Assembly (NCBI GenBank): GCA_019057795.1
Contig: JAHLWS010000070.1
Location: forward strand, 32,001-96,000
Direction of reading: 5' to 3'
DNA from: Promethearchaeota archaeon
GTDB lineage: Archaea; Asgardarchaeota; Lokiarchaeia; Sigyniarchaeales; SOKP01
Length of the DNA: 64,000 bases
Shown here: piece by piece, positions 29,174-40,468 of the stretch
Layout: every line of letters starts with the position of its first letter
Position numbering within the stretch: the first letter of the stretch is position 1
Made by a program: the position numbers and the translations under genes
Notes under the pieces: model-generated
Database searches by the model: none
Seen by the model: the letters and a program-made list of their open reading frames with translations, nothing else
Told to the model about the DNA's origin: nothing

Positions 29174-30211
29174 TTATGAGATTTTTAATAAAACTTTTCC
29201 AAATTGTTTTCCTTCATTCAAATAGTTCTCAGCGTCTACAACCAGTTCTAGTGGAAATATTTTATCTACAATTGGTTTTAATTTGTTTTCAAAAATTAAT
29301 TTCATTACTTCCCTAAACTCTCTTTGGTTACTCATAGTAGAACCTATAACTTTTAGTTGTTTCCAAAAGATTTGGCGAATGTCAATTTCAGTTATTGGGC
29401 CTGTTGTGGCTCCTGGAGTAACTAAACGCCCTCCAGGCTTTAACAAGCGTAAACTGTTTTGAAACGTAAGTTTTCCAATACTATCAACTACGACATCAAC
29501 TCCATGTCTTTTCGTTATTTCAGTAAAGACATATTTACCGAAGTTGGGATTATCTCTATAGTTGATTACATAATCAGCACCTAACTCTTTTGCTTTTTTA
29601 ATTTTTTCAGAATTACTAGTAGTAGTTATGACCGTTGCTCCTAAAAACTTAGCAATCTGAATTGCCGCAGTAGACACACCACCACCAGCTCCATGGATAA
29701 GGATAAATTCTCCATGAAGTAGATTAGCTTGGGTAGTTAAAAGCCTCCACGCAGTTAGAAAGGTCAAAGGAGCTGCTGCAGCTAACATAAGAGATAAATT
29801 ATCTGGTATTTTTATTACATTTTCTTCTGGAACCTTAAAAAATTCGCAATAAGTCCCCCATTGATGTTCCCCCATTATTGAAAAACTCTTGCAAAAGTTT
29901 TGATTTCCGGACAAACAAAACTGACATTTTCCACAGCTTAATCCAGGGTTAATAGTTACTCTCTCTCCTTCGCTTACAGTCGTTACAGCAGACCCAACTT
30001 CTTTTATTATTCCACTTCCGTCGCTTCCTAAAATATGGGGCATTTTTATATTTAAACCTGTCCAACCTTTAATTAGAAAAACATCAATATGGTTTAAAGC
30101 TCCAAATTTTGTTTGAATTAATACTTCGTTTGGTTTTAATTTAGGAATATCAAGATTTCCAATTATTAATTGGTCTAAATCACCGTGATTTTTAATGAAG
30201 GCTGCTTTCAT
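29174..30211 (-). CDS. Zinc-binding alcohol dehydrogenase/quinone oxidoreductase (MDR family)
   Basis: ALNHID, PHILGSDG, CGKCQFC......C, HGAGGGV, GKVLL. Confidence 0.92.
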   Translation of the reverse strand: MKAAFIKNHGDLDQLIIGNLDIPKLKPNEVLIQTKFGALNHIDVFLIKGWTGLNIKMPHILGSDGSGIIKEVGSAVTTVSEGERVTINPGLSCGKCQFCLSGNQNFCKSFSIMGEHQWGTYCEFFKVPEENVIKIPDNLSLMLAAAAPLTFLTAWRLLTTQANLLHGEFILIHGAGGGVSTAAIQIAKFLGATVITTTSNSEKIKKAKELGADYVINYRDNPNFGKYVFTEITKRHGVDVVVDSIGKLTFQNSLRLLKPGGRLVTPGATTGPITEIDIRQIFWKQLKVIGSTMSNQREFREVMKLIFENKLKPIVDKIFPLELVVDAENYLNEGKQFGKVLLKIS

Positions 30212-30325
30212 AATTTCTGAATTAAAATTATAATTATTAAACATTTCATTTCTAAATTATAAAATAAGCCAAAAAAAACTTTATGATCTATAAGAAAAGA
30301 GAAGTATTAGAAAGACTGATGTTCC

Positions 30326-30724
30326 TTAAATGGAAGATAACTTTTCTAAATCTGGTGTAGCGTTTTCAACAGCCCAATCGATGAGTTGGTCGTAATAAGA
30401 TTCAATTTCATTAGATTCCGGACTTTTTGATAGGACCGCTAAAATGAATTGCGTTTTTTTATCTGCCATAATTATATTTCGACAAATAATAAAATCTTCT
30501 GAATATTTAATCTTTATACTAGAAAGTTTAGATAAATTCATTTCCTCAGACGCATTTGATGCAGCATCACTTAATAATGAGCCCATTGCCGCAACAACCC
30601 GTTCATCAATGTCTTCTGATTTTTGCGATGCTAAAACTAGTCCTGCATTTGTAGCTAGAAGAGAAGCTCTAAAATTACCGTTATCATTTAATTCTTTGAG
30701 AACTTGGTCAAGTCTGCTTACCAT
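30326..30724 (-). CDS. Roadblock/LC7 domain protein
   Basis: LDQVLKEL...ASLLATNAGLVLAS...VAAMGS pattern. Confidence 0.8.
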   Translation of the reverse strand: MVSRLDQVLKELNDNGNFRASLLATNAGLVLASQKSEDIDERVVAAMGSLLSDAASNASEEMNLSKLSSIKIKYSEDFIICRNIIMADKKTQFILAVLSKSPESNEIESYYDQLIDWAVENATPDLEKLSSI

Positions 30725-30815
30725 AAGAAATATTCACTCATTAAGTATTATTACATAATTGTAAAAAATTCTCGCTTAACTTTACTATGTATAAATATTA
30801 TAAACGATTTAATAT

Positions 30816-31352
30816 TTAATTTTTCCTTATTGTCTTTTTTATGTTTATTATAAATGTAGATAAAATGTTATCTTCATCAATTTTTAGCGTTATAACGCTT
30901 GGTCTCGATATAGGTTTTTCAAAGCCTCTTTTTGGAATAGGTGCTTTAGGTTTTGTAGGACTTCCCGGATTAATTATTAAAGTATTGTACGGTGTACCTG
31001 CTATGAGTGGCTGATGTGTATGTCCAAAAATAAGGATGTGGAGGTTTTTTCGCTTAAAAAAGTCTTCTAAATTATCAGGTTTCTTGTGAATTACGCCAAT
31101 GTTATAATTTTCAACATGAAATTTAATAAATGTCTCTAATCCCGTTATTTCATCTAAATCGCTTTTTACACATCTGATTGGAGCGATTTTTTTCAAATCT
31201 TCTAAGAAAAAAGGTTCACATACATCTCCAGCATGTATGATTTCGTCAACATCTTCGAAGACTTCTTTTAATTGATTAATTAAAGTTTCAACTAAATTAG
31301 GCTCATCATTCTTTGTTATGTGAGTATCTGAAATAATCCCTAATTTTACCAT
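30816..31352 (-). CDS. Metallophosphoesterase (YfcE/Vps29-like)
   Basis: ISDTH, HAGD, GHTH, NPGS. Confidence 0.9.
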   Translation of the reverse strand: MVKLGIISDTHITKNDEPNLVETLINQLKEVFEDVDEIIHAGDVCEPFFLEDLKKIAPIRCVKSDLDEITGLETFIKFHVENYNIGVIHKKPDNLEDFFKRKNLHILIFGHTHQPLIAGTPYNTLIINPGSPTKPKAPIPKRGFEKPISRPSVITLKIDEDNILSTFIINIKKTIRKN

Positions 31353-31364
31353 TTTTTTTTTTCG

Positions 31365-32435
31365 CTATAATATAATTATTACCATAATAAAAATAATCAA
31401 ACCGAATAAAAAATCCATCATTATCCTAACAATTTTTTTTAACCAACCCTCTCCCATCTCATTATCTTTTTTGAAATATGAAATAAATTCTTTAAAACCT
31501 AATGATAAACTTTCTTTGATTCGAGAGAATTGCCAAACAAACAAAATTATACTGATAATTAATAATGGAACGTAAACAATAAAGCTCATGAATGAAAAAT
31601 CGTTACCATGTATAAAATTCCAAATTGAATGGGCTGTAATAATATTATTTACTGCATGAGCAAAAATTACTGGAAATATCCAATGTCGTCTTAAAACCAG
31701 CATCGCAAGAATAATTCCTACTAAAAAAGTTTGTAAAAACCATATAATAGGAAAAATTATTGGTAACCCGATACTAGATATCGTAAAAATATAACTAAAA
31801 TGTCCTAAACCAAAAACAAAGGAAGTAATAATTACGGCAGACATTTTTTTAAAGTAATCACTTCCTCTATTAGCTAAAAAACCTCTAAATAATGTTTCCT
31901 CAAATATAGCGACAGAAATTTGTATTATAATAACAGATAGAAGAAACACGTAATAACTCTCCATAAAGTAAGAGTTGAAAGATAATTCATCCATTGGGTT
32001 TAAAACTATGGACATATAAGATAACGTATCAGGTAAAAATAAATATGTAAAAAAATCTAACGGTATAAAAATTAAAAAAAGTAATAATATTCCATATAAA
32101 AGCTGATATTTAAAATTCTTTTTTGTAATATTAAATAAAGTTAAAAAGTTCTTTGAAGGGCTGATATCCTCTTCTAAGATTAATTTTTTTCTTTGAGACT
32201 CCATTATAAAATTGGCCAAATATAGAAATAAAGGAATCGCAACGATAATAATTGCCGCTCTCAATATAAAAAAAAGAGGTTCAAAAATTATAGAATTAAA
32301 ATCAATAAAGAAAGGTAGTAGAAAAGTAGGAATTAACATAAAAATAAAGATTCCAAGAAAAATAATTAGAACTTCGAAGAAATAATATATTCGTTGCTTA
32401 AATATTTTCTTTAAAGGGTTTTTAGGTCTTCTCAT
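31365..32435 (-). CDS. CPBP (CAAX protease-like) intramembrane metalloprotease
   Basis: EETLFRG, FGLGH, HAVNN, many TM helices. Confidence 0.9.
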   Translation of the reverse strand: MRRPKNPLKKIFKQRIYYFFEVLIIFLGIFIFMLIPTFLLPFFIDFNSIIFEPLFFILRAAIIIVAIPLFLYLANFIMESQRKKLILEEDISPSKNFLTLFNITKKNFKYQLLYGILLLFLIFIPLDFFTYLFLPDTLSYMSIVLNPMDELSFNSYFMESYYVFLLSVIIIQISVAIFEETLFRGFLANRGSDYFKKMSAVIITSFVFGLGHFSYIFTISSIGLPIIFPIIWFLQTFLVGIILAMLVLRRHWIFPVIFAHAVNNIITAHSIWNFIHGNDFSFMSFIVYVPLLIISIILFVWQFSRIKESLSLGFKEFISYFKKDNEMGEGWLKKIVRIMMDFLFGLIIFIMVIIIL

Positions 32436-32493
32436 AGTTTATCTATCTCTACCAAGAAGTTCAATGAATAACAAATAATTAAATCGAAATATT

Positions 32494-33468
32494 TTAAATT
32501 TTTTTATTTGAAGCATTCAAAAAAAAATTTAAGTCCTCTCTACTTGGAATCCCATTTCTTGCCCCTAATTCTTGTATACAATTTCCAGCTACAAAATTAC
32601 CAATTTTTACATTATTTTTAAGGTGTTCAAATTTTAAATTTATATTTCGAACAAAACCATAAATGAATCCCGCTGAAAATGCGTCACCAGCTCCAGTAGT
32701 ATCAATTAAACTACTTAAATTTAACGGAGGTAGAAGTTCTGCATTACGGTTGGTTAGTAAGAATGCTCCTTTTTTGCCTAATGTAGTAATAATGGCTCGT
32801 ATACCTAATTTAAATAGGGTACTCGATTTTTCTTGGATTAAATCTTCGTTTAAATAACATTCTTCTATATCAAAAAGAGTTGCATATTCGTTTTGAGAAA
32901 GAATTAATATATCAATTTTCTCCAGCAATTTTTTAATGTTCTTTAAACCTTGGTCGATGATTAACATACCAGGATTTAAAATAACGGGTATTTTGTTGTT
33001 TCGACCAATAATAGAGGCTTCAATAAACGGTTCTAAATTTTTTAAGCTACTTAAGAAAATTATTTTTGTATTTACCAATTCTTTTTCTATAAGATCTTCC
33101 TTTGAAAGATAATTTGCGGCACCACTATGAGCATATATTCTTCGGTCTCCTTTTTCATTTAAAGCAATATAGGCAGAACCAGTTCCATGGTGCTCAGAAT
33201 ATTTAATAAGCTTAGTAGCAACATTTACTTCCTTGAAATCGTTAAGTATTTTGTCGCCAAAAGTATCGTGACTCCCTAATTTTCCAATGAACGCTGTTGA
33301 TAATCCAATTTTCGCACATGCATAAGCAGTATTAGCGGCTGCTCCACCAGATAATAAAGTTAAGTCTGATACGAATACTTCATCATCATCAGCAGGATGT
33401 CTAACTACTTGAGCGACCATATCAACAAGGGCGGCTCCTATACAAATTACATCAAAAATTTCAATCAC
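32494..33468 (-). CDS. PfkB-family carbohydrate/nucleoside kinase
   Basis: GGAAANTA, DTTGAGDAF. Confidence 0.92.
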   Translation of the reverse strand: MIEIFDVICIGAALVDMVAQVVRHPADDDEVFVSDLTLLSGGAAANTAYACAKIGLSTAFIGKLGSHDTFGDKILNDFKEVNVATKLIKYSEHHGTGSAYIALNEKGDRRIYAHSGAANYLSKEDLIEKELVNTKIIFLSSLKNLEPFIEASIIGRNNKIPVILNPGMLIIDQGLKNIKKLLEKIDILILSQNEYATLFDIEECYLNEDLIQEKSSTLFKLGIRAIITTLGKKGAFLLTNRNAELLPPLNLSSLIDTTGAGDAFSAGFIYGFVRNINLKFEHLKNNVKIGNFVAGNCIQELGARNGIPSREDLNFFLNASNKKI

Positions 33469-33490
33469 ATTATATATTTTTTAAATGAAT

Positions 33491-34672
33491 TTAATAGTAA
33501 TTAAAAGATCCAAATTCAGATTTTATTTCTAGTTGGTTTTTGTTCTTATAAGACGATTTTTCACATTGCCCGATGATTTTTGATTCGATGTTGTATTTTT
33601 TAGCAATATCTATAATTTCTTTAGCAATTGACTCATCACAACAAATTTCCATTCTATGGCCCATATTAAACACTTTATACATTTCTTTCCATAAAGTTTC
33701 TGAAGATTTTTCTATAATTTCAAATATTTTGGGAATTTTAAAAAGGTTATTTTTAAGATAAGTAATGCCCTTACCAAAATTGAGAATTTTCGTCTGACCT
33801 CCTCCCGTGTTATGGATCATTCCGTGAATTTCCTCTCGATATTTTTTTAGTACATCCAACACTAATGGAGCATAAGTCCTAGTCGGAGACAATAAAGCTT
33901 CTCCAACAGTCAAACTCAATCCTTTGATCTCATCGGTAAGTTGATAATTCCCAAAAAAGATAAATTTTTCATCAAGGTTTTGATCATAACATTCAGAGAA
34001 TTTCTTATAATAATCATGAGATAGAACCCCATGTCTGGCTAAGGTTAATCCGTTACTTCCTATTCCGCTATTAAATTCTTCTTCATATGATGCTTTTCCA
34101 TCACTAGCTAATCCAACTATCACATCTCCTGCCTTGATGTTTTCAGCATTAATAATATCTTCTCTTTTCATACTGGTAAAAACTGAGGCATCAATTAGTA
34201 GAGTTTTTACAATATCTCCTACATCAGCAGTTTCGCCTCCACACATTACGACATTTAGACCAAATTCAGACAGCTTTTCGCTATATGTAAAATATTCTTT
34301 AATTATTGTACTAATTACTTCGCCCGAGATAAATCGTTTATTTCGACCGATATTATTAGATATAAAAAAATTTCCAGTAGCTCCAACGCACAACATATCA
34401 TCAATGTTCATAACAATAGCATCTCTTACAATTCCCTTAAAAACAGATATTTTGTCCGTTTCTTTATAATACATATAAGCTAAGCTTGCTTTTGTACCTG
34501 CTCCATCTGAATGAAATATTGAACAATAATCATCTCTCCTACCTACATCTTGTAAAATTTTACAAAATGCTCCGGGGAATAATCCTTTATCAATCGATTG
34601 GATTGCTTTATGAACATCTTCCTTTTTTGAGGAAACCCCTAATTGAGAATATATATCTTTTTCGTTAGACAT
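33491..34672 (-). CDS. purM: AIR synthase (phosphoribosylformylglycinamidine cyclo-ligase)
   Basis: DGAGTK, MNIDD, GGETAD, GSNG, HNTGGG, FNMG; directly downstream of purB. Confidence 0.9.
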   Translation of the reverse strand: MSNEKDIYSQLGVSSKKEDVHKAIQSIDKGLFPGAFCKILQDVGRRDDYCSIFHSDGAGTKASLAYMYYKETDKISVFKGIVRDAIVMNIDDMLCVGATGNFFISNNIGRNKRFISGEVISTIIKEYFTYSEKLSEFGLNVVMCGGETADVGDIVKTLLIDASVFTSMKREDIINAENIKAGDVIVGLASDGKASYEEEFNSGIGSNGLTLARHGVLSHDYYKKFSECYDQNLDEKFIFFGNYQLTDEIKGLSLTVGEALLSPTRTYAPLVLDVLKKYREEIHGMIHNTGGGQTKILNFGKGITYLKNNLFKIPKIFEIIEKSSETLWKEMYKVFNMGHRMEICCDESIAKEIIDIAKKYNIESKIIGQCEKSSYKNKNQLEIKSEFGSFNYY

Positions 34673-34674
34673 TT

Positions 34675-36033
34675 TTACAAATTATGTTTATTTTTCAGAA
34701 ATTTTAATAGATTTTCTAAAAGCTCGAGAGATTTTCCTATGTAGTTATGCGGATTTAGGATATCATCTATTTCATCTTTTGTAAAGCTTTCCATTATTTT
34801 TCCATTTTCTAATAAGATTTCTTTAATAAAACGATTTTCTTTTTTTGCTTTTATTGCTGCTTTTCTTAAAATTTCATGCCCTTCTTGTCTTCCGATACCT
34901 TTTTTAACTAAATTTAACATGATTTTTTCAGATAAACAAGCTCCCTTGGTAAGATTTAAATTTTCTTCTATTCTTTCTTCATCAAATTCAACTTCTTGGA
35001 TAATGCTTGTTAATTGTATTATCATAAAATCTAATAGTATGAAATTTTCAGCAAAAATTATCCTTTCGTTAGCAGAATTCGTTAAATCTCTTTCATCTTC
35101 TAATATTATATTATCTAAAGCGGGTATAATATTGGATTTTAAAACTCTAGCTAAACTACAAATTCGTTCAGATTTATGTGGATTTCTCTTATGAGGCATA
35201 GTCGAGCTTCCTACTTGAGTCTTTTTGAAAGGTTCAAACATTTCAGCGATTTCGTTTCTTTGGAGCACTCGAAATTGCCTTGCAACTTTAGCTAGTGATT
35301 GTCCGATCAACGCTGTTAAAAAGAGTACTTCAGCATGACGATCTCTCTGAATTATTTGGTTCGAGATTAAAGCTGGATTTAATCCAAGCTCTTTCGTTAT
35401 GAAATTCTGAATTTCAATACCTTTCTCTCCAAAACTCGCCATATTTCCTACGGCGCCCGACATTTTACCATATGATATACGATTTAGAGTTTCTTTTAAT
35501 CTATCTAAATGTCTATCTATTTCATATGACCACACGCCGAATCTCATCCCATATGTAGTTGGAATAGCGTGTTGTCCGTGAGTTCTTCCTATACAAACAA
35601 GCGATTTCTTATCCTGTATAACTTTTATTAGTTCTATTAAAAGCTTTTTTAAAGAATTAGTGATATATATTATAGCTTCTTTTAACTGTAATCCTGTTGC
35701 TGTATCTTCAATATCGTAACTTGTAGCCCCTAAATGGATGTATTTTCCAGCACTTCCTTCACATTGTTCTGATAAAGCCTTAACCATAGCCATTAAGTCG
35801 TGATGAATTTCATTATCAATCTCTTTTACCCGATTTAATTTAACATAATTCAAATTAGCTTTCTTACATATCTCTTCTGCGGACTCTTGAGGAATATTGC
35901 CCCATTTAGCATGTGCTTTTGCTAGTACTGCCTCAACTTTTAACCAATTCTCTAATTTTTTTTCTTCTGTAAAAATTTCAGCTATTTTAGTTCGATAACG
36001 AGTTTCAACTGGATTAATAAATTTATGATCCAT
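34675..36033 (-). CDS. purB: Adenylosuccinate lyase
   Basis: HLGATSYD, GRTHGQHA, GSSTMPHKRNP. Confidence 0.96.
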   Translation of the reverse strand: MDHKFINPVETRYRTKIAEIFTEEKKLENWLKVEAVLAKAHAKWGNIPQESAEEICKKANLNYVKLNRVKEIDNEIHHDLMAMVKALSEQCEGSAGKYIHLGATSYDIEDTATGLQLKEAIIYITNSLKKLLIELIKVIQDKKSLVCIGRTHGQHAIPTTYGMRFGVWSYEIDRHLDRLKETLNRISYGKMSGAVGNMASFGEKGIEIQNFITKELGLNPALISNQIIQRDRHAEVLFLTALIGQSLAKVARQFRVLQRNEIAEMFEPFKKTQVGSSTMPHKRNPHKSERICSLARVLKSNIIPALDNIILEDERDLTNSANERIIFAENFILLDFMIIQLTSIIQEVEFDEERIEENLNLTKGACLSEKIMLNLVKKGIGRQEGHEILRKAAIKAKKENRFIKEILLENGKIMESFTKDEIDDILNPHNYIGKSLELLENLLKFLKNKHNL

Positions 36034-36179
36034 AGCTAACTTATTGATCTTTTATTTCTATAATAGAAATAATCTATGATCAATTATTATTCTTTTTTTA
36101 AATTTCTATTAAAAAGCGAATATCTACGAAAATTTAATTTATTAGAACTTTTTATTTAAAAAATTTTAAAAATAAGATT

Positions 36180-36908
36180 TTAGTTCTGATGACCTGTTCT
36201 CCTAGCGGCTATTTGTCCCACCTTTCTACCGGGTGGGGCATTTCTCGAGGTTGTTGTTGGTTTATGAGGACTTTGTTTTGCGCCTCCTCCGTAGGGGTGA
36301 CTTGCTGCGTTCATCGTGACTCCGCGAACAACCGGCCATTTTATAGCTTTAGATCTTACATAATGGAATTTATTACCGGCTTTTAAAAATGGTTTATCGG
36401 TTCTTCCGCCACCAGCAACAACTCCAACTGTACAAAGGCAATTTTCATTAAACCATTTAGTTTTTTTTGATCGAAATAGCACTTCAATGTTTTTACCCGA
36501 TTTATCCCTTACAATGGCGGCTACTCCAGATGCTCTCGCAAATTTACCACCGTCTTGCGGAGTTCCCTCAATATTAAATACGAGCGCACCTAGAGGGATT
36601 TTTTTCAAAGGTAAGATATTTCCTACTTTCACTTCTTGGCTATATCCCGTTTTAGACTGAATAAATTCCTGTCCTTCGTAAATTCCTTCTGGAGGGAGCC
36701 ATAAACTTTTTTCCCCATCTTCGTACATAATTTTAGCCACTGGAGCCCCTCTACCTGGAGCGTGGACGAATTCAATCACTTTAAATTTTAACAATTTTTC
36801 ATTTTTCTTGAAGGGACGATACTTTACCTTTCCTACATGTCGGTGACTTGGAGATCGAGCCCATAAATGGCCGTATCCTTTTCTTTGAGCTAATATACGC
36901 TTTCCCAT
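36180..36908 (-). CDS. rpl2: Ribosomal protein uL2
   Basis: MGKRILAQR, HAPGRGAP, WPVVRGVTMN..HPYGGG, PPGRKVG. Confidence 0.97.
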   Translation of the reverse strand: MGKRILAQRKGYGHLWARSPSHRHVGKVKYRPFKKNEKLLKFKVIEFVHAPGRGAPVAKIMYEDGEKSLWLPPEGIYEGQEFIQSKTGYSQEVKVGNILPLKKIPLGALVFNIEGTPQDGGKFARASGVAAIVRDKSGKNIEVLFRSKKTKWFNENCLCTVGVVAGGGRTDKPFLKAGNKFHYVRSKAIKWPVVRGVTMNAASHPYGGGAKQSPHKPTTTSRNAPPGRKVGQIAARRTGHQN

Positions 36909-37017
36909 AAAGATCACTTACTATATCGAATTAGTAATATCTAATTAATAAAAGTTTAAATTTTTTATTATTTTAGTTAGAATTTATTTAATTTTAAGAT
37001 AAAACAAGAGAAACAAA

Positions 37018-38376
37018 TCATAATTTTTTATTTTTTAATAACTCGTCTATATTGTAATTAAAAGCGATTGGAACTTCTCTATCGATAAACTCCCCAGCAA
37101 CGTTAGTTAACAATAGCTCTTTGATTTCTTTTAGATCGTTTGTTTGGCCTAGTACCCAACCTAATTTTACGTACCCAACTTCTGGTAAGAGGTTCCTACC
37201 TGGGATAACGCCTAAATGTTGTAATTCTCTCCCAGTGGAATACACATTCATCCCTACAAAACCATGTAGAGTTTGTGTGGTCATAAGAATAGTAATTCCT
37301 TCTTGAATGGCTCTTTCAATAGCATTATAAACATATGTGCTGACATGTCCAAGCCCTGTTCCAGCAAATACTATGCCTTTATAACTTTTATCTATATAAA
37401 ATTCAATTTGTTCATTATCCATTCCGGGATAAGAATAAATGAGAGCAACTTTCTTCTCAAAATTCGTATTGATAGTAGTTTCAGATCGACTTCGTTTTCT
37501 ATAATTATTTTTAAATGTTTTTATCTTCCTGTCCCTTACCATTCCTAACGGAATATCATCAATAGTGCGAAAAGTATCTCTTACTGAGGAATGCATTTTT
37601 CTTACTATTGTTCCTCTATGAATTAATCCATAATCATGTGAAGGAGAACCTAGCATAGCTACTACAACCTCAGCTATATCAGAGGTAGCTACAGTAGCAG
37701 CGTTTATCAGATTTAAAGCAGCATCAGAAGAAGGACGATCGGAGCTTCGTTGACTCCCTGTTAACACAACTGGAATAGATAAATCTTTTAACATGAAAGA
37801 TAAAGCGGCGCTAGTGAATGTCATAGTATCTGTTCCATGTCCTATAATTACTCCATCAAAACCAGAATCTATGGCTTGTTTAACTTTTTCTGCTAATTTT
37901 TGCCAATATTCAAATTTCATATTTTCTGATAATATTTCAAAAACATTTTCGCAATCAAGATTACAAATTTCTGCCAATTCAGGTACGGAACTAAATAACT
38001 CACTTGGTGTAAAAGAAGGTATAACCGCCCCAGTCGTATAATCTAATCTTGAAGCAACCGTTCCTCCAGTTCCTAATAATTGAAGCTTAGGCAAATCTTT
38101 ATTGTATGGAAATTCTTTTTCTGGAAGTTTGTAATTAGCTTCTCTTTTTCCAATTTTTTTTATATTTTGTATTTCAGAGACATTTATTCCAACATTATAA
38201 TTGTTTTCTAACTTGATTTCTATAAAATCAGGAGCAGAATATTCGCTTCTTGGCATTAAAATTCCTTCTAATTGTGTTTTATTTGTAGTGATTTGAATGA
38301 TGTCCCAGATCTCTATTGTATACTTTTTTAAAAGATCTATAGATTTGCCTTTATATCCTTTTAGTTTATCTTCCAC
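37018..38376 (-). CDS. gatD: Glutamyl-tRNA(Gln) amidotransferase subunit D
   Basis: TGGTVASR, HGTDT, GSQRSSDRPSSD, RKMHSS.RD. Confidence 0.96.
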   Translation of the reverse strand: MEDKLKGYKGKSIDLLKKYTIEIWDIIQITTNKTQLEGILMPRSEYSAPDFIEIKLENNYNVGINVSEIQNIKKIGKREANYKLPEKEFPYNKDLPKLQLLGTGGTVASRLDYTTGAVIPSFTPSELFSSVPELAEICNLDCENVFEILSENMKFEYWQKLAEKVKQAIDSGFDGVIIGHGTDTMTFTSAALSFMLKDLSIPVVLTGSQRSSDRPSSDAALNLINAATVATSDIAEVVVAMLGSPSHDYGLIHRGTIVRKMHSSVRDTFRTIDDIPLGMVRDRKIKTFKNNYRKRSRSETTINTNFEKKVALIYSYPGMDNEQIEFYIDKSYKGIVFAGTGLGHVSTYVYNAIERAIQEGITILMTTQTLHGFVGMNVYSTGRELQHLGVIPGRNLLPEVGYVKLGWVLGQTNDLKEIKELLLTNVAGEFIDREVPIAFNYNIDELLKNKKL

Positions 38377-40296
38377 TTATTTCATCTCCTTTAATTTGTT
38401 TGATATTTGTATCTTCAATTCTTTAGAAATGATCTCACCATCTATTTTTCCTCGTACTTTTTTCATAACTTCTCCCATTAGTGGTCCCATGGATCTCATT
38501 TCTCTTTCTTTAATGATTTTTAAGTTTTTAATTACTATTTCATTAATTATTATTTTTAAATCTTCAATTGAGAGACTTTCAAGATTTAGATTCTCGATTG
38601 ATTGTTCGATAGTGAGATTTGGAGAATCTGCTTTTAATCTCATTATATCTTCGATAGCTTCCTTTCCAATTTTTTTATTTTTCAATTCTAGGAAGATTTT
38701 TTTATAATCGTCATTAGTTATATTTTCTATTATTTTTCCTTCCCGCTTAAGTGCTTTTGCTGTGTTTAATAATGTTGTTATGATTATTGAAGGTTTCGCG
38801 GGGTAAATATCTATTAAGCTGTCAAATAGAGATAACTGCCCATTAAAAATTAATTTTTTAATGGAACTCTGTTCAACTTTGTACATTTTAGCATAATCTT
38901 CAATTATATCCCAAGGATAATTAGGTAAAGTCTTTTGAATTTGTTTAGTTTCTTCTATTGTATTCATTATTGCTTGTGAATCTGTATCAGGATATAAACG
39001 TGCCCCACCATGTAATTCTCTCAAAAATTCCGTATTTCCATTATCAAGCGCTTTTCTTGTCTCAGGTGGAACACCTTTAAAAACATACTTTACCCGATTA
39101 ATGATTATATCTGCTGCTTTTTTTAGTTCTTTACTAGTTCCCAAAACTAAAACAAAGCAATCTTTTTCTTTTGAATTCAATTTATTTTGGATTTTTTTTA
39201 TTTCGTCTTGAGAAAAATTATAATTTTCTAATTTTTCATCAGAATGAATAATCCCCATTAAGCCTGAAATAACCTTGACCTTACTACTTACTTCGGTACC
39301 GAATCTATAATCCTCCATTAGCTCCTTTCCAAAAATACCTTTGAAACCTTTAAAATTGAAACCATAGAGTTTTTTTCCCGATTTTATACCAGTTGCAATG
39401 AATTTTGATTCAGTTTTTCCCATTAAACTAGTTAAATCTACGGGCTCCTGAGGGATGTCATTTTCACTTACTTTTCGATTCTTTAATTCTTCTCTAATTT
39501 CTATTAGGTTAAGTTGACGTGAAATTTCATGATTAATCAATAAGGTTATCCAACTCAATTTTTGAACTCCTTTAATTTCAATCCGGGTTCCAGATTTAAT
39601 GCTTACATTAACATCTTGCCTGATTGAGCCAAGAACTTTTTTTACATTAGTTATCCACAGTAATAATCCAATCCTTTCAGCACATTCTCTACATTCTTCA
39701 GGTGTGTTTATATCCGGTTGTGTTGTTACTTCTACTAATGGAATTCCAAGGCGATCTAGTCTGTAAAAATTAGTTTTATTTTCAGTTTTTATTTTCCTAG
39801 CAGCTTCTTCTTCTAAACTTAAAATAGCGATTCTGATTTTTTTACCGTTCTTCAAAGTTATGTATCCATCTGTTCCCAAAATCATTGTGCGCTGAAACCC
39901 AGAAGGGACGCTTCCATCAAGATAATTTTTCCTACTTACATGCATCTCTTCAATAATATTTGCATTAAGAAGTAAAGCTAATTCTAAGGCAATTTTTCTA
40001 GCTTCCTCATTACAAGAAAACGGGGGGGTATCGTCTAACTCATAAGTACAAATTACATCGTTGTAACCTTCATAGATGATAGTCTTACCCTTTTTATATT
40101 CTGTCAGCATAGCTTCATCAAATGTGCCCATTTCTCCCAAAACGGGTCTCATATACCTTATTGTATTAAAATCTGGTACTCTAGTTCCTTGAAGTTTACT
40201 TGGGCATCTACAAAACAGTTTAGTTTCTGTATCAAGCTGCTGATGAATTTCTAAGCCACATTTTAATCCTAATTCTACATAATCGAAATTGTACAT
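38377..40296 (-). CDS. gatE: Glutamyl-tRNA(Gln) amidotransferase subunit E
   Basis: GLEIHQQL, DGSVPSGFQRT, DRLGIPLVE, RQDVNVSI, RLYPDTD. Confidence 0.96.
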   Translation of the reverse strand: MYNFDYVELGLKCGLEIHQQLDTETKLFCRCPSKLQGTRVPDFNTIRYMRPVLGEMGTFDEAMLTEYKKGKTIIYEGYNDVICTYELDDTPPFSCNEEARKIALELALLLNANIIEEMHVSRKNYLDGSVPSGFQRTMILGTDGYITLKNGKKIRIAILSLEEEAARKIKTENKTNFYRLDRLGIPLVEVTTQPDINTPEECRECAERIGLLLWITNVKKVLGSIRQDVNVSIKSGTRIEIKGVQKLSWITLLINHEISRQLNLIEIREELKNRKVSENDIPQEPVDLTSLMGKTESKFIATGIKSGKKLYGFNFKGFKGIFGKELMEDYRFGTEVSSKVKVISGLMGIIHSDEKLENYNFSQDEIKKIQNKLNSKEKDCFVLVLGTSKELKKAADIIINRVKYVFKGVPPETRKALDNGNTEFLRELHGGARLYPDTDSQAIMNTIEETKQIQKTLPNYPWDIIEDYAKMYKVEQSSIKKLIFNGQLSLFDSLIDIYPAKPSIIITTLLNTAKALKREGKIIENITNDDYKKIFLELKNKKIGKEAIEDIMRLKADSPNLTIEQSIENLNLESLSIEDLKIIINEIVIKNLKIIKEREMRSMGPLMGEVMKKVRGKIDGEIISKELKIQISNKLKEMK

Positions 40297-40468
40297 AATA
40301 AACCATTTAAAAATAATATACTACTACTATAAACTGTTTAATTCATTTTATAATTTTAATATATTGTATGTAAATACATTAAGATAGTAAATCAAACTTA
40401 TTTTTATTGTCCTTATGCAGCCAATAAAATGCTTATTTGTTATAGTAGGACTTTAGTGTTGCAATTCT